The notes beneath the pieces were generated by a model that worked only from the letters and a program-made list of their open reading frames with translations, was not told where the DNA came from and did no database searches. A DNA stretch of 64,000 nt, taken from positions 1 to 64,000 of IMG/VR virus record IMGVR_UViG_3300037067_016725. The stretch is one strand, 5' to 3'. This stretch comes from a virus. Lineage: Duplodnaviria; Caudoviricetes. The position numbers were made by a program, and so were the translations under genes. This document shows positions 35,706-44,515 of the stretch, one piece after another. Within the stretch, counting starts at the first letter, position 1, and each line of letters begins with the position of its first letter.

Positions 35706-36215
35706 ATGCCTGTCTATACACCATCTCTCCAGGCAAGCGTCTTGGAGTCTAGTCCGGTGACGACTGGTTTCTACATAGAAGATCCAGCTAAACCAGGACA
35801 GACCCCTCCTGCCATGAAAAGGAACCCGGATCTTCCTGTCTTTTATCATGGCCAATTCCTAGAAGATAAAGACCTCAATATCATATTTTGCAGCCAGGGT
35901 ACTCTAGGTTTAGAACCCTTGCAGTTATCCTATGCAGTAGGTTTCTTTTATGAGGGTACAGATAGGTTTAGCCCCATAGGTAACCCCAACAGAGAACCTC
36001 TATTTTTGAGAGTAGGCAGATATCGCCCTTCTTTCATTGTTGGGGATAAATGGTACACAGGAAGGTACGCCATTAGGTGGACATATACCTTGCTTCATGA
36101 AGACACACCAAGGGAGACCTGGTCCCTGTTTTGGTTGGATACTGAAGGAGTGCTGGATAAAAAAGCCAGTATGCCATTATTTGATTTACCCGCCACAGTG
36201 GTTGTTATACCTTAA
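35706..36215 (+). CDS. Ig-like neck-associated protein
   Basis: Resembles the N-terminus of the 36547 product (I/LSY.V, G.Y, G.Y/W.IRW). Confidence 0.45.
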   Translation: MPVYTPSLQASVLESSPVTTGFYIEDPAKPGQTPPAMKRNPDLPVFYHGQFLEDKDLNIIFCSQGTLGLEPLQLSYAVGFFYEGTDRFSPIGNPNREPLFLRVGRYRPSFIVGDKWYTGRYAIRWTYTLLHEDTPRETWSLFWLDTEGVLDKKASMPLFDLPATVVVIP

Positions 36216-36225
36216 GAGGATATAT

Positions 36226-36531
36226 ATGCAGGAAAACAATTCAATTTTCGAAGAAGCTTCTGACAATAAGAAAGATGAAAACGCTAGAGAGGTTAGAGTG
36301 ATAACTCCAGAAATTGCCTCAGCAATAGATGGTGTTCAAGTCAAAGAGGTAAAGGTGGCCTCCAACACGGACCTCTCGTCTTTGACTAAAAACCGAAAGA
36401 ATGACAATCCCCAGGGGATGCCAAACAACAAGACAGATGAAATGCTTTCCTTTATTGGAAAAGAAGCTTCGGTGGATGGGGCGTTTGGTGGTTTTGAAGT
36501 TACTGAAGATCTCAAAGGGCTTTACCTGTAA
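36226..36531 (+). CDS. Small acidic protein with KVAS/KEAS sites and C-terminal DLKGLYL
   Basis: Start moved to ATG 36226 (GAGGA RBS). Confidence 0.55.
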   Translation: MQENNSIFEEASDNKKDENAREVRVITPEIASAIDGVQVKEVKVASNTDLSSLTKNRKNDNPQGMPNNKTDEMLSFIGKEASVDGAFGGFEVTEDLKGLYL

Positions 36532-36546
36532 GTAAAGGGGTTCTTC

Positions 36547-37461
36547 ATGAGTGTGGCATTCCAAAAAGGCCAGGCTACTGGCGCTAGCGACTTAAAGATA
36601 ACCATAAGGGATTCCATGGGGAACTTGGCAGACCCCTACTCGATCTCCTACTCCGTTTTTGATTTTACATCAGGAGTAGAGGTACTTATGGGGGAGCCTA
36701 ACCAGATCCCTGAGTCTACGGGGGTTGGTGAGTTCTATGCTCACGTAACTATACCCCTGGATGCCAACATAGGAGACTGGGTAATTCGTTGGAGTTTCAT
36801 GGAAACTGTGAACTCTCCTATACTGCAGGCTATCCAAAATTTTAATGTAGTAGATTCCTCTACCATTGTGTCCGCTTCTAGAGGTTTCCAGAGACCCCAA
36901 CTGTCTTTCCTTGATAGCCTTATCAGGAGACTTCGAATCTCCTTAAGGGATAACAACCCTGATAGAAACTATAGGTTCAGACCACCTAGCACTGAGAAAT
37001 TTCTCCAGACACAGACAGAAGTGTTTGGTTACATATGGGAAGATGAGGAGCTCTATTATTATCTGTTGGAAACCGTGTATGACTTTAACTCTGCCGGACC
37101 CGCAACGGATATAACCCTGGACTCCTTGCCTGACAATTGGTCCGCGGCCATTATTGTTGGTGCAGGGGCCCGAGCTTGTCGTGCCATAGCCCTGAACTGG
37201 ATTGCTGATGAATTTGACTACTCTATCTCCGGGGTATCCCTTAACATAGATAAGAGCTCTAAGTACATGGCAATGAAAGAGAACCTTGAGCAGAGTTATG
37301 ACAAGCTAAAAGAGGAAGCCAAGGAAACTATCAAGATTGTCAAGGGTCTTAAACAACCACGCTTCGGTATAGGTATCAATGCTGCTCTTGGGCCTTATAG
37401 TAGGGTAGGAGTGCAGTCCCGTAGGAACTATGTAAGCAGTGGCGGCGGCTACTGGATGTAA
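36547..37461 (+). CDS. Head-tail adaptor (neck) protein
   Basis: LIRRLRISLRD...WEDEELYYYL...FDYSISGVSLNIDKSSKY helical adaptor pattern, and position in the module. Confidence 0.65.
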   Translation: MSVAFQKGQATGASDLKITIRDSMGNLADPYSISYSVFDFTSGVEVLMGEPNQIPESTGVGEFYAHVTIPLDANIGDWVIRWSFMETVNSPILQAIQNFNVVDSSTIVSASRGFQRPQLSFLDSLIRRLRISLRDNNPDRNYRFRPPSTEKFLQTQTEVFGYIWEDEELYYYLLETVYDFNSAGPATDITLDSLPDNWSAAIIVGAGARACRAIALNWIADEFDYSISGVSLNIDKSSKYMAMKENLEQSYDKLKEEAKETIKIVKGLKQPRFGIGINAALGPYSRVGVQSRRNYVSSGGGYWM

Positions 37462-37470
37462 GGAGTCAGT

Positions 37471-37731
37471 ATGGCTTTTGAAGTAGAGACAAGAATAATA
37501 ACTGCCCAGGAAAAATTAGACGGGCATCTTACACTGGCATACACCCCGCTTGTTCCTGATGTGGTGTCTGTAGATCCGGAAGGTGGGCCTGCTCAGGAGT
37601 ACAACAGGGATTACTTTGTGAATGGTACTACCCTGTACTGGGATGATCCCTCTATTCCTGATTCGGATATAAAAAGTGTTTTGGGTGATGGGTATGCTGT
37701 TACTCTCAGGATCATGTACGAGAGGGCTTAA
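37471..37731 (+). CDS. Single beta-module protein
   Basis: Q.Y..DY.V.G..L.W...LRIMY module shared with the next two genes. Confidence 0.5.
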   Translation: MAFEVETRIITAQEKLDGHLTLAYTPLVPDVVSVDPEGGPAQEYNRDYFVNGTTLYWDDPSIPDSDIKSVLGDGYAVTLRIMYERA

Positions 37732-39857
37732 TGGCTGACCTGTCTTTTTACATACCTAAGGATAAGGGTTTGGGGTACCATGTAGGAAGCCTGCCAAGTG
37801 TGGTAGGTCTTTCCTCCGTTGTTTTTACTGGTACAGGGATTCCGGTGGAGTCTGACAGCACCTGTGGTATGTATATCTCGGACAGTGACTATGCCAGCCT
37901 TACCTATCCCTTAACCTTTACAGCTACAGTTACTTCCTTGGTGGACAGCAGTGTTCTAACACATAACATCACCTTGGGGTTAGCTACAGTAAGTAGCACT
38001 AAGCTTTCCACGGTATATGTTAATCCAATAAATGGAAGCAACAACGCTGAGGGTACTGAGCTGGGGCCCATATCCTCCTTGGACTTGGCTCTAGAGAAGG
38101 TAAGGTATGCAGGTACAATCCTTCTGTATGAAGGTGGGTATGGGTCCAGGACTTTCGACCAGGTCCCTATAACTGTTAAGGCTCTTAAGGGTAATCTTCC
38201 TTTCTTTTTAGATATAACCTCTACGGTATCCTCCTCCTATACCTTTGAAGGTTTGACCTTTTTTGGTACGGGGTTGTCTGTAGAAGGGGATGACAGCGGG
38301 GTTGGAAGTCTAACCCTCCGAGGGTGCCAATGGCTGGGTGCAAGTTCTACCTTATCTTGTACCGGTTATAGATATCTGTCTGTAATGCAGAATTACATGA
38401 AGGGTGTCAGTGGTATTCACATAACGGTAAATAATGTTCAGGAAGCTGCATTCACATCTAATATGATCAGTGGCAGTGGTATAGGCTCTTTTATCGTGGA
38501 AGGAACTCATTACTTCACTCTGATGTACAATACGATAAACTATATAGGGACCTTCTCGCTACCAGATGTAGAGGGATCCACAGGTGTTGCCTCTGGAGGG
38601 GTGATCTACCATACCATTGACGAAGCATATACAAAGCAGATTGTGTTCCCTGCATCCTTCAACTACGATGGTCAAGGAAGGCCCTCTGTTGCCATAAATA
38701 TGTTGTCAGGAGCGGAACAGACTTACGGCTTGGATTGGGCTGCTTATGGAAGCATTATCTCTTGGGAAGGATTAGGTGGGGATAAGGACACCTTTGCCTC
38801 AGAAGAGGAAGCCCTGGAAAATGGTGCCTTTATGCCAGGGGATAAGCTCAGGATTATTTATCAGTTTGATGTTGCTGAAGCAAACTACACCTATCGTGTG
38901 GATTCCAACAATCTGACATCAATAGGTACTTTCCATTTTGGTACTTTCACTGCTCTTAATGTTTACTACAATAACTTTTTCAACACTTTTGTGGAAGGGG
39001 CAACTCTATCCACAACTAACATTACAGTAGACCCTTTATATACCAGTGCTATTACCGGTGATCTTTCCTTGCTCAGTGGCTCGCCTGATATCGGTGCAGG
39101 ACGCCCCTGGGATACAGGGAGCTTGAGTATTCCTAAGAATGCCCTTTACCAGAATATGCAGGATATTGCCTCTGCTAACCGCATACAGTTAGGGGTTACA
39201 GACATTGGTGCAAAAGAGACACTGCTTAACGTCCTGCTAAACACATCTCTGTCTGTTTTTATAAAAGAGGGTTCTTATGACCTTATCCGTTCAGGGACTG
39301 AAAGCAGTCCTATAAAAAGAGTCAGTGCTGCCATGAAGGGCAATTCCTCAAAACCGGTAAAGGTAATTCTTGGGGAAGAGACCCAAGGAGTATCCACGCG
39401 AAAGGATTACTTCGATGAGAAGGTTATAGAGCTTACCTCAGTACCTATAGGGGTAGCCGATATTCGGCCCGTAGTTGCTGATCTAGAGAAAAGTGACTAT
39501 GCCGTCATCAATCCAATGGACTCCTTTATACCTTATTCTTCCGATGAGGGTAAGGTGTTTGTGGCTCCTTCAGGTGATGATGATATTGGAGAAGGTACCC
39601 TGGAGAAACCTTACCGGACAATAGATGTGGCTATTGCAAAAAGTGCTGCACCCACCATCTGTGTTCTTGCGGGAAGCTACCCAATGTTTACGGGTGCTGC
39701 AGGCAGAACCCTTGTGTTTATCAAGAACATACAAACAATGGGGCCCGAGGATGCTTTCTTGTTTGATGGCTTTACTGCTGCCTCTTGGGTAATCACAGAA
39801 AGCACGGGTACTACCTACACTATAAACGATAGAAAGCTAACTATAGCCCACCCCTAG
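37731..39857 (+). CDS. Beta-helix (DUF1565-like) neck appendage/depolymerase-like protein
   Basis: Three GT...P[IY] caps (VYVNPINGSNNAEGTELGPI, SGTESSPI, VFVAPSGDDDIGEGTLEKPY) and a DPLY...DLSL..GSP.IGAG motif. Confidence 0.6.
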   Translation: MADLSFYIPKDKGLGYHVGSLPSVVGLSSVVFTGTGIPVESDSTCGMYISDSDYASLTYPLTFTATVTSLVDSSVLTHNITLGLATVSSTKLSTVYVNPINGSNNAEGTELGPISSLDLALEKVRYAGTILLYEGGYGSRTFDQVPITVKALKGNLPFFLDITSTVSSSYTFEGLTFFGTGLSVEGDDSGVGSLTLRGCQWLGASSTLSCTGYRYLSVMQNYMKGVSGIHITVNNVQEAAFTSNMISGSGIGSFIVEGTHYFTLMYNTINYIGTFSLPDVEGSTGVASGGVIYHTIDEAYTKQIVFPASFNYDGQGRPSVAINMLSGAEQTYGLDWAAYGSIISWEGLGGDKDTFASEEEALENGAFMPGDKLRIIYQFDVAEANYTYRVDSNNLTSIGTFHFGTFTALNVYYNNFFNTFVEGATLSTTNITVDPLYTSAITGDLSLLSGSPDIGAGRPWDTGSLSIPKNALYQNMQDIASANRIQLGVTDIGAKETLLNVLLNTSLSVFIKEGSYDLIRSGTESSPIKRVSAAMKGNSSKPVKVILGEETQGVSTRKDYFDEKVIELTSVPIGVADIRPVVADLEKSDYAVINPMDSFIPYSSDEGKVFVAPSGDDDIGEGTLEKPYRTIDVAIAKSAAPTICVLAGSYPMFTGAAGRTLVFIKNIQTMGPEDAFLFDGFTAASWVITESTGTTYTINDRKLTIAHP

Positions 39858-39863
39858 GTATTT

Positions 39864-40679
39864 ATGTTCAAGATGAAAAGTAATGCCATATTCAAGAACA
39901 AGAACCTTGTGAATAACGAGGCGGAGGGGGTGTACCTTAAGTTTTCTGTATCCTCCTCGACTAACCCTGTGTTACTCAATGTTTCCTTGAAGAATCTTTA
40001 CCATAACATACAGTTTTCCATGACCCCTGAGAAATTGGGGATAGCGATAGCAACACCAACTAATAGTACCAACCTCGATGGAGACTCTTTGACTTCTGTT
40101 AGTGGACAGTCCCTGTTTCTACCTTGGAATGGGTCTTTTCCTGATACCATTGTTGAGCTACGTGTGAAGGGAAAGGACTTATCCGCAAAGATGTACTCCT
40201 CGACCTTTTCCAAAACAGTAGCCTATCATATGGAGCTAGATAGTCTGGGAGCACCCCTCTTTGACGGGTATGAGGGATGGCAAATTTATATAGACAGCGA
40301 AGGGGACCCCGTCTCTGAGTCAATTATTAGGAATCTTATTATTCTTGCAGGGGATATTGGGGAGATAGAAACCTACTCAATCGTTCAGGAATTTTTTGAC
40401 CTAACAGACTATATTGCTGCTCATAAGTTTGTTCACTTGAAATACGTCCCCAGTGGGAAGGTGGCTGTGAATATAGGGCAGGCAACAACACAAGGGCAGG
40501 GGGTAGACTTTGAGGTGACCTATAATACTCTCTCCTGGGGGAACATGGGGTTAGATACTCCGCTAATGAAGGCGGGGGTAGTTATAAGGGTTATCTATGA
40601 GACTGCCGGTTTGATAAGATATTCCACCAAACAGACCATAGGAAGAAATATTGTTTCCTTGAAGGGGCCAGGTGCATGA
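39864..40679 (+). CDS. Putative structural protein
   Basis: C-terminal copy of the shared beta-module. Confidence 0.5.
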   Translation: MFKMKSNAIFKNKNLVNNEAEGVYLKFSVSSSTNPVLLNVSLKNLYHNIQFSMTPEKLGIAIATPTNSTNLDGDSLTSVSGQSLFLPWNGSFPDTIVELRVKGKDLSAKMYSSTFSKTVAYHMELDSLGAPLFDGYEGWQIYIDSEGDPVSESIIRNLIILAGDIGEIETYSIVQEFFDLTDYIAAHKFVHLKYVPSGKVAVNIGQATTQGQGVDFEVTYNTLSWGNMGLDTPLMKAGVVIRVIYETAGLIRYSTKQTIGRNIVSLKGPGA

Positions 40680-42061
40680 CAGAGATAAATAGAACAAGTC
40701 TTGTTCAGGGAATGGGCAGCCCCAATTTCAACCTTCCCTACAGGGGACCCTACAAGGCCCCCTCGTTGCCATTGCCCCCGGCTAATGTATTTGTGACTAG
40801 CCCCTATCTCATAGGGGTCTTGGACATACGTTGGGATAATCCCGCTAAGATTCCCTACAACAGTGACCTTACCGTGCTTGGGGTGAACATCTATAGGGCT
40901 TTCGATGCTCCTGGGGCAACATATCGAAAGCTGAACATTAATCCTGTCTCTAGCCTTACCTGGAGGGACCAAACTTCAGAGGTACTGGTATCCCAGGAAG
41001 ATGTACTGCCTACTCTTAACCCAGGTAATAACCCTGATAAAAGGTGGTACTTTACAACAAAGTTCAAACCCCTAATATCTGTAGGCACAAATGGACAAGG
41101 GCAGGTCAGCCCCTCTGATATCATGCTGGAGATTGATAATGGGTCAGGCTATGTGGTAGTCCCTGCTTTCAAGGTGGTGCCCGAAGAGGGTCTGGTATAC
41201 CTGAACATTAACCGTACCTATGACCCCCAGCAAAATATGTATATGCCTCCAGTACTGCCCGATATGCTAAACGGGGGTATCAGGGTTACCTACTACTATC
41301 TATCGGGCCTAATCGCCACGGACTATTACAGAAAACTTTACTACAAGGTGACAACGGTAGCACGGGACGAGGCCACAGGGGAAGTAAGAGAAACCCCTTT
41401 GGATGAGGTGGAAGCCAAGACTCCTTATCAAATGGAGGAGACAGACTGGATCTGGAAGGAAGCTATCCGTAGAAACAGGTGGCTTCTAGAAAGAGAAGGT
41501 GAGAGGGTGAAACTCTTTTTGAGGAAGTGGAACGGTGTACGCTGCACATGCTATGACGACACTTATGGGTACTCCAAGGGAATAGGACTAAAAAAGGGTG
41601 GATGTCCTGTATGCTTTGGTACCGGATTTGTTGGTGGCTATGAGGGTCCTTATGATATACTCATAGCTCCTCCTGAGACAGAGAAGCAGGTAAGCCTTAC
41701 TGATGCAGGGTTTCATGTTATCTATGATTGGCAGACGTGGACAGGTCCTGAACCACTAATTACTGATAGGGATGTCATTATCAGACAGAATAACGACAGG
41801 TCCTTTATAAATAGACCTAACCCCCAGGGAAGCCGTGGAGCTATCTATCAGCAGCATTTCAGTTTAGATCATGTTGATCAAACTGACCCAATATACTTGA
41901 TACCCGTTAACGGAGGGGAGATAGCAACCCCAGCCTCCTGGAATGCCTTCAGGGAAGCCCAGCCCTCAGATGCGAGCCCGGTTATACCTGTCAAGCCAAC
42001 TGTACCCGAGGGTGTTCTACCCAAGGGGAGGACTGTTACTTTTGAAAATATCACTGTGTAA
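40676..42061 (+). CDS. Head closure/neck protein with FN3-like domain and Zn finger
   Basis: GERVKLFLRK..G.RCTC...CPVCFGTGFVGGY and position in the module. Confidence 0.6.
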   Translation: MTEINRTSLVQGMGSPNFNLPYRGPYKAPSLPLPPANVFVTSPYLIGVLDIRWDNPAKIPYNSDLTVLGVNIYRAFDAPGATYRKLNINPVSSLTWRDQTSEVLVSQEDVLPTLNPGNNPDKRWYFTTKFKPLISVGTNGQGQVSPSDIMLEIDNGSGYVVVPAFKVVPEEGLVYLNINRTYDPQQNMYMPPVLPDMLNGGIRVTYYYLSGLIATDYYRKLYYKVTTVARDEATGEVRETPLDEVEAKTPYQMEETDWIWKEAIRRNRWLLEREGERVKLFLRKWNGVRCTCYDDTYGYSKGIGLKKGGCPVCFGTGFVGGYEGPYDILIAPPETEKQVSLTDAGFHVIYDWQTWTGPEPLITDRDVIIRQNNDRSFINRPNPQGSRGAIYQQHFSLDHVDQTDPIYLIPVNGGEIATPASWNAFREAQPSDASPVIPVKPTVPEGVLPKGRTVTFENITV

Positions 42062-42073
42062 CTTCTAAGGGGA

Positions 42074-42085
42074 TAATCTTCTAAT
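42074..42085 (+). promoter_or_regulatory. Late promoter motif TAATCTTCTAAT
   Basis: Exact copy upstream of 42151. Confidence 0.7.
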
Positions 42086-42150
42086 CTAAAAAGGGGTTAG
42101 TAAGACTTTTTCACAATAGCCATTGTGATTTTCCTTTAGGAGTACATACC

Positions 42151-42759
42151 ATGAGCAGATTAGTAACAGCCGCCACCCAGCTTCTAAAACTGGCTGATGA
42201 GCTAGAAGCCCAGGCTGAATCCAAGACAGCCTTTGTTTGTGCAGGTTGCGGACATGTTAATACCCTGGGTGGTATTAACTCTGCTATTCGCAAGTATGCT
42301 TCCGAACAGGTGGAGCCCTTTGATCTCCAGAACAACCTGGTTACCGTGGATGACTCCTGCAAGTGCCCCTCTTGTGGAGGGGCTATGAAATACATGCCCA
42401 CAGCAGAAAGTGAAAAGTTCTATGTCGTTATGGCTGATGAGGGTCCAGAGTCCCCAGTAGTTCCTGAAGGTGTACCAGGCATTCTTCCTGAAGGTACTCC
42501 GGTCACCCCAGAAGTAGCAGTCCCGGGAGAAGGTATTCCCCCTGAAGTGCCTGAAGTGCCTGAGGGGTCTGAGTCACCCGAAGCAGCTCCTGCTGCCCCC
42601 GGAACTGAGATCCCCGGAACTGAGATCCCCGGTGCTGAAGGGATTCCTATGGGTTCCCCAGAAGAGGGGAAAAAGGATGACGATGACGATGACGATGACG
42701 ATGATGCCACCCCAGAAGTTGTGATAAACCAGGAAAAACTGGCCATGTACCTGGGCTAA
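42151..42759 (+). CDS. Zn-ribbon protein with acidic Pro/Glu tail (putative internal head protein)
   Basis: LLKLADEL helix, CAGCG and CPSCG, poly-Asp tract. Confidence 0.55.
   Translation: MSRLVTAATQLLKLADELEAQAESKTAFVCAGCGHVNTLGGINSAIRKYASEQVEPFDLQNNLVTVDDSCKCPSCGGAMKYMPTAESEKFYVVMADEGPESPVVPEGVPGILPEGTPVTPEVAVPGEGIPPEVPEVPEGSESPEAAPAAPGTEIPGTEIPGAEGIPMGSPEEGKKDDDDDDDDDDATPEVVINQEKLAMYLG
42676..42705 (+). repeat. (GATGAC)n microsatellite encoding D10
   Basis: Seen directly in the sequence. Confidence 0.85.
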
Positions 42760-42810
42760 CCAAGTGGACCCTTGTTTAGACAAGGGTCTCCCTTATACTA
42801 CATAATAAAT

Positions 42811-43434
42811 ATGATTCGAGTAAAAGGTACAGATTTTAAGACTGTCGAACTCCCCGATCTAGGGGATAGGATTTTCTTTGGCCAAACTAAGTCTTATTCA
42901 GAAAATGCTTTTTCCTCTTCAAGGGATCTGGCTGAGGCAATCAAAAATAATAGGGTAGCTGTTGTTTCCGGTACAGAACCCCCTCCTTCCCTTTACCTTT
43001 CTAAAAAGAAAGAAGTTACAGAAATATCTATCCCTGTAGAACCCTCTAAGGTAGAAGAACCTCCTAAAGTAGAGGTAGTTCCTGTTCCTGCTCCTGAGGT
43101 ATCTTCTGCGGTACTGGACAAGATCACTGACGTTCTAGGGGAGATACAGAATACCCTAAAGACACAGAGGGAAGATACCACTAAGGCTATACAGGAGAAC
43201 ACCACTAGGGTAGAAAAGGCCATGGCTGGTTTAACTATCTCTGGTGTTAATGTATCCTCTCCTGTAAGGTCAACACATACCCGGGTGGAAGAAGTCTTTG
43301 TACCCAGTACACTCACAGTAACCGACATGACGAATCACGTTAACCTGAAGACCCAAGAGATTGGACAAGGGGACTCGGTTCGAAATTCACTGAACAAGCT
43401 AAAGAAGCTGAAAAATCAGCCCGCACAAGGCTAA
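42811..43434 (+). CDS. Putative actin partner/adaptor protein
   Basis: Start moved to ATG 42811. Small N-terminal domain, Pro linker, coiled coil and basic amphipathic C-terminus (SVRNSLNKLKKLK). Confidence 0.5.
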   Translation: MIRVKGTDFKTVELPDLGDRIFFGQTKSYSENAFSSSRDLAEAIKNNRVAVVSGTEPPPSLYLSKKKEVTEISIPVEPSKVEEPPKVEVVPVPAPEVSSAVLDKITDVLGEIQNTLKTQREDTTKAIQENTTRVEKAMAGLTISGVNVSSPVRSTHTRVEEVFVPSTLTVTDMTNHVNLKTQEIGQGDSVRNSLNKLKKLKNQPAQG

Positions 43435-43445
43435 GGAGATAACAC

Positions 43446-44453
43446 ATGGCAAAGGGACTAGACATCGGAACTTGTTTTCTTGTAGGAGCTTCCTACACCG
43501 ATAAAACGGAAATGGCAGGGGTAGGTATAAAGTCAGTAAGGGATGCCTTCCTCGACTTGGAGAATGAGCCTACTATCAAGAACGTACTCAAGATGAGCAA
43601 AGCTCACTATATTGAGAAAGAAGACACCGTATACATTATTGGGGATTCTGCCCTCCGTATGGCAAATCTCCTTAAAAAGGAGATCCGTAGGCCTCTTTCC
43701 CAGGGTGTTATCGCCGCCGGAGAAAGAGAGGCCGAAAAGATTCTTGTTATGCTTCTAAAGGAAGTCGTAGGAGAACCCGAAAAGGGCGGGGAGACTGTGT
43801 ACTTCTCCGTCCCGGCAGCGCCCATTGACAAGGTCGCGGATGTCATCTATCACGAAGCTATCTTCAAAAAGATACTGACGGATTTTGGATACAAAGCTGT
43901 GGCTATGAATGAGGCGGCTGCAGTGGTTTACTCCAATGCAGAACCCGAAGGGTTTACCGCTCTGGGCATTTCTTTTGGGGCGGGCATGACCAATGCCGCA
44001 CTCCTATACCAAAGCATGCCTGGAATGCAGTTTTCAGTAGCCCGAGGTGGTGACTGGATTGATGCAGGATCTGCAGGTGCTACTGGTCGTACCCAAGCCC
44101 AAATCATGGCTACAAAGGAAAAGGGGGTAGATCTCCTGAAACCGGAAGCTGGTGACCCCAAGACCACTCGGGAAAGGGAAGCAGTTGCGGTCTACTACAA
44201 GAATCTGATCAACTACGTCGTGGAGTCCATCAAAAAGGAATTCCGGAAGACGGAAAGTGCAGTACAGATTGACTGCCCTATCCCTATCATTATCTCTGGG
44301 GGAACTTCCAAGGCAGGAAACTTCTTGGAATTGTTCAAGCAGGAGTTCTCCAAGATTAAGGATTTCCCTTTCGAAGTTTCCGAAATCCGCATGGCCCAGG
44401 ATCCCCTGGCTGATGTAGCTAAGGGACTCCTGATCGCGGCTTCCCTGGACTAA
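43446..44453 (+). CDS. Actin-family ATPase (MreB/MamK superfamily, volactin-like)
   Basis: Phosphate-1 GLDIGT, RRPL..GVI, FSVPA, connect-1 MNEAAA, phosphate-2 GISFGAGMTN, ARGGDWID, adenosine ISGGTS, connect-2 DPL..VAKG. Confidence 0.9.
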   Translation: MAKGLDIGTCFLVGASYTDKTEMAGVGIKSVRDAFLDLENEPTIKNVLKMSKAHYIEKEDTVYIIGDSALRMANLLKKEIRRPLSQGVIAAGEREAEKILVMLLKEVVGEPEKGGETVYFSVPAAPIDKVADVIYHEAIFKKILTDFGYKAVAMNEAAAVVYSNAEPEGFTALGISFGAGMTNAALLYQSMPGMQFSVARGGDWIDAGSAGATGRTQAQIMATKEKGVDLLKPEAGDPKTTREREAVAVYYKNLINYVVESIKKEFRKTESAVQIDCPIPIIISGGTSKAGNFLELFKQEFSKIKDFPFEVSEIRMAQDPLADVAKGLLIAASLD

Positions 44454-44458
44454 GCTGA

Positions 44459-44500
44459 AGGCTGGGACGATAATTTCCTAATCGTTCCAGCCTGTTTTTT
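44459..44500 (+). terminator. Intrinsic terminator whose loop carries the promoter motif
   Basis: AGGCTGGGACGAT-AATTTCCTA-ATCGTTCCAGCCT-GTTTTTT. Confidence 0.75.
44471..44482 (+). promoter_or_regulatory. Late promoter motif variant TAATTTCCTAAT
   Basis: One mismatch, upstream of 44516. Confidence 0.55.
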
Positions 44501-44515
44501 ACAGGCGGTTACCCG

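Noticed and set aside
43446-44453. Archaeal virus, suggested by the volactin-like actin and a few GGTGA RBSs
   Set aside because: A peptidoglycan lytic transglycosylase, stem-loop/T-tract terminators and non-halophilic protein composition favour a bacterial host.
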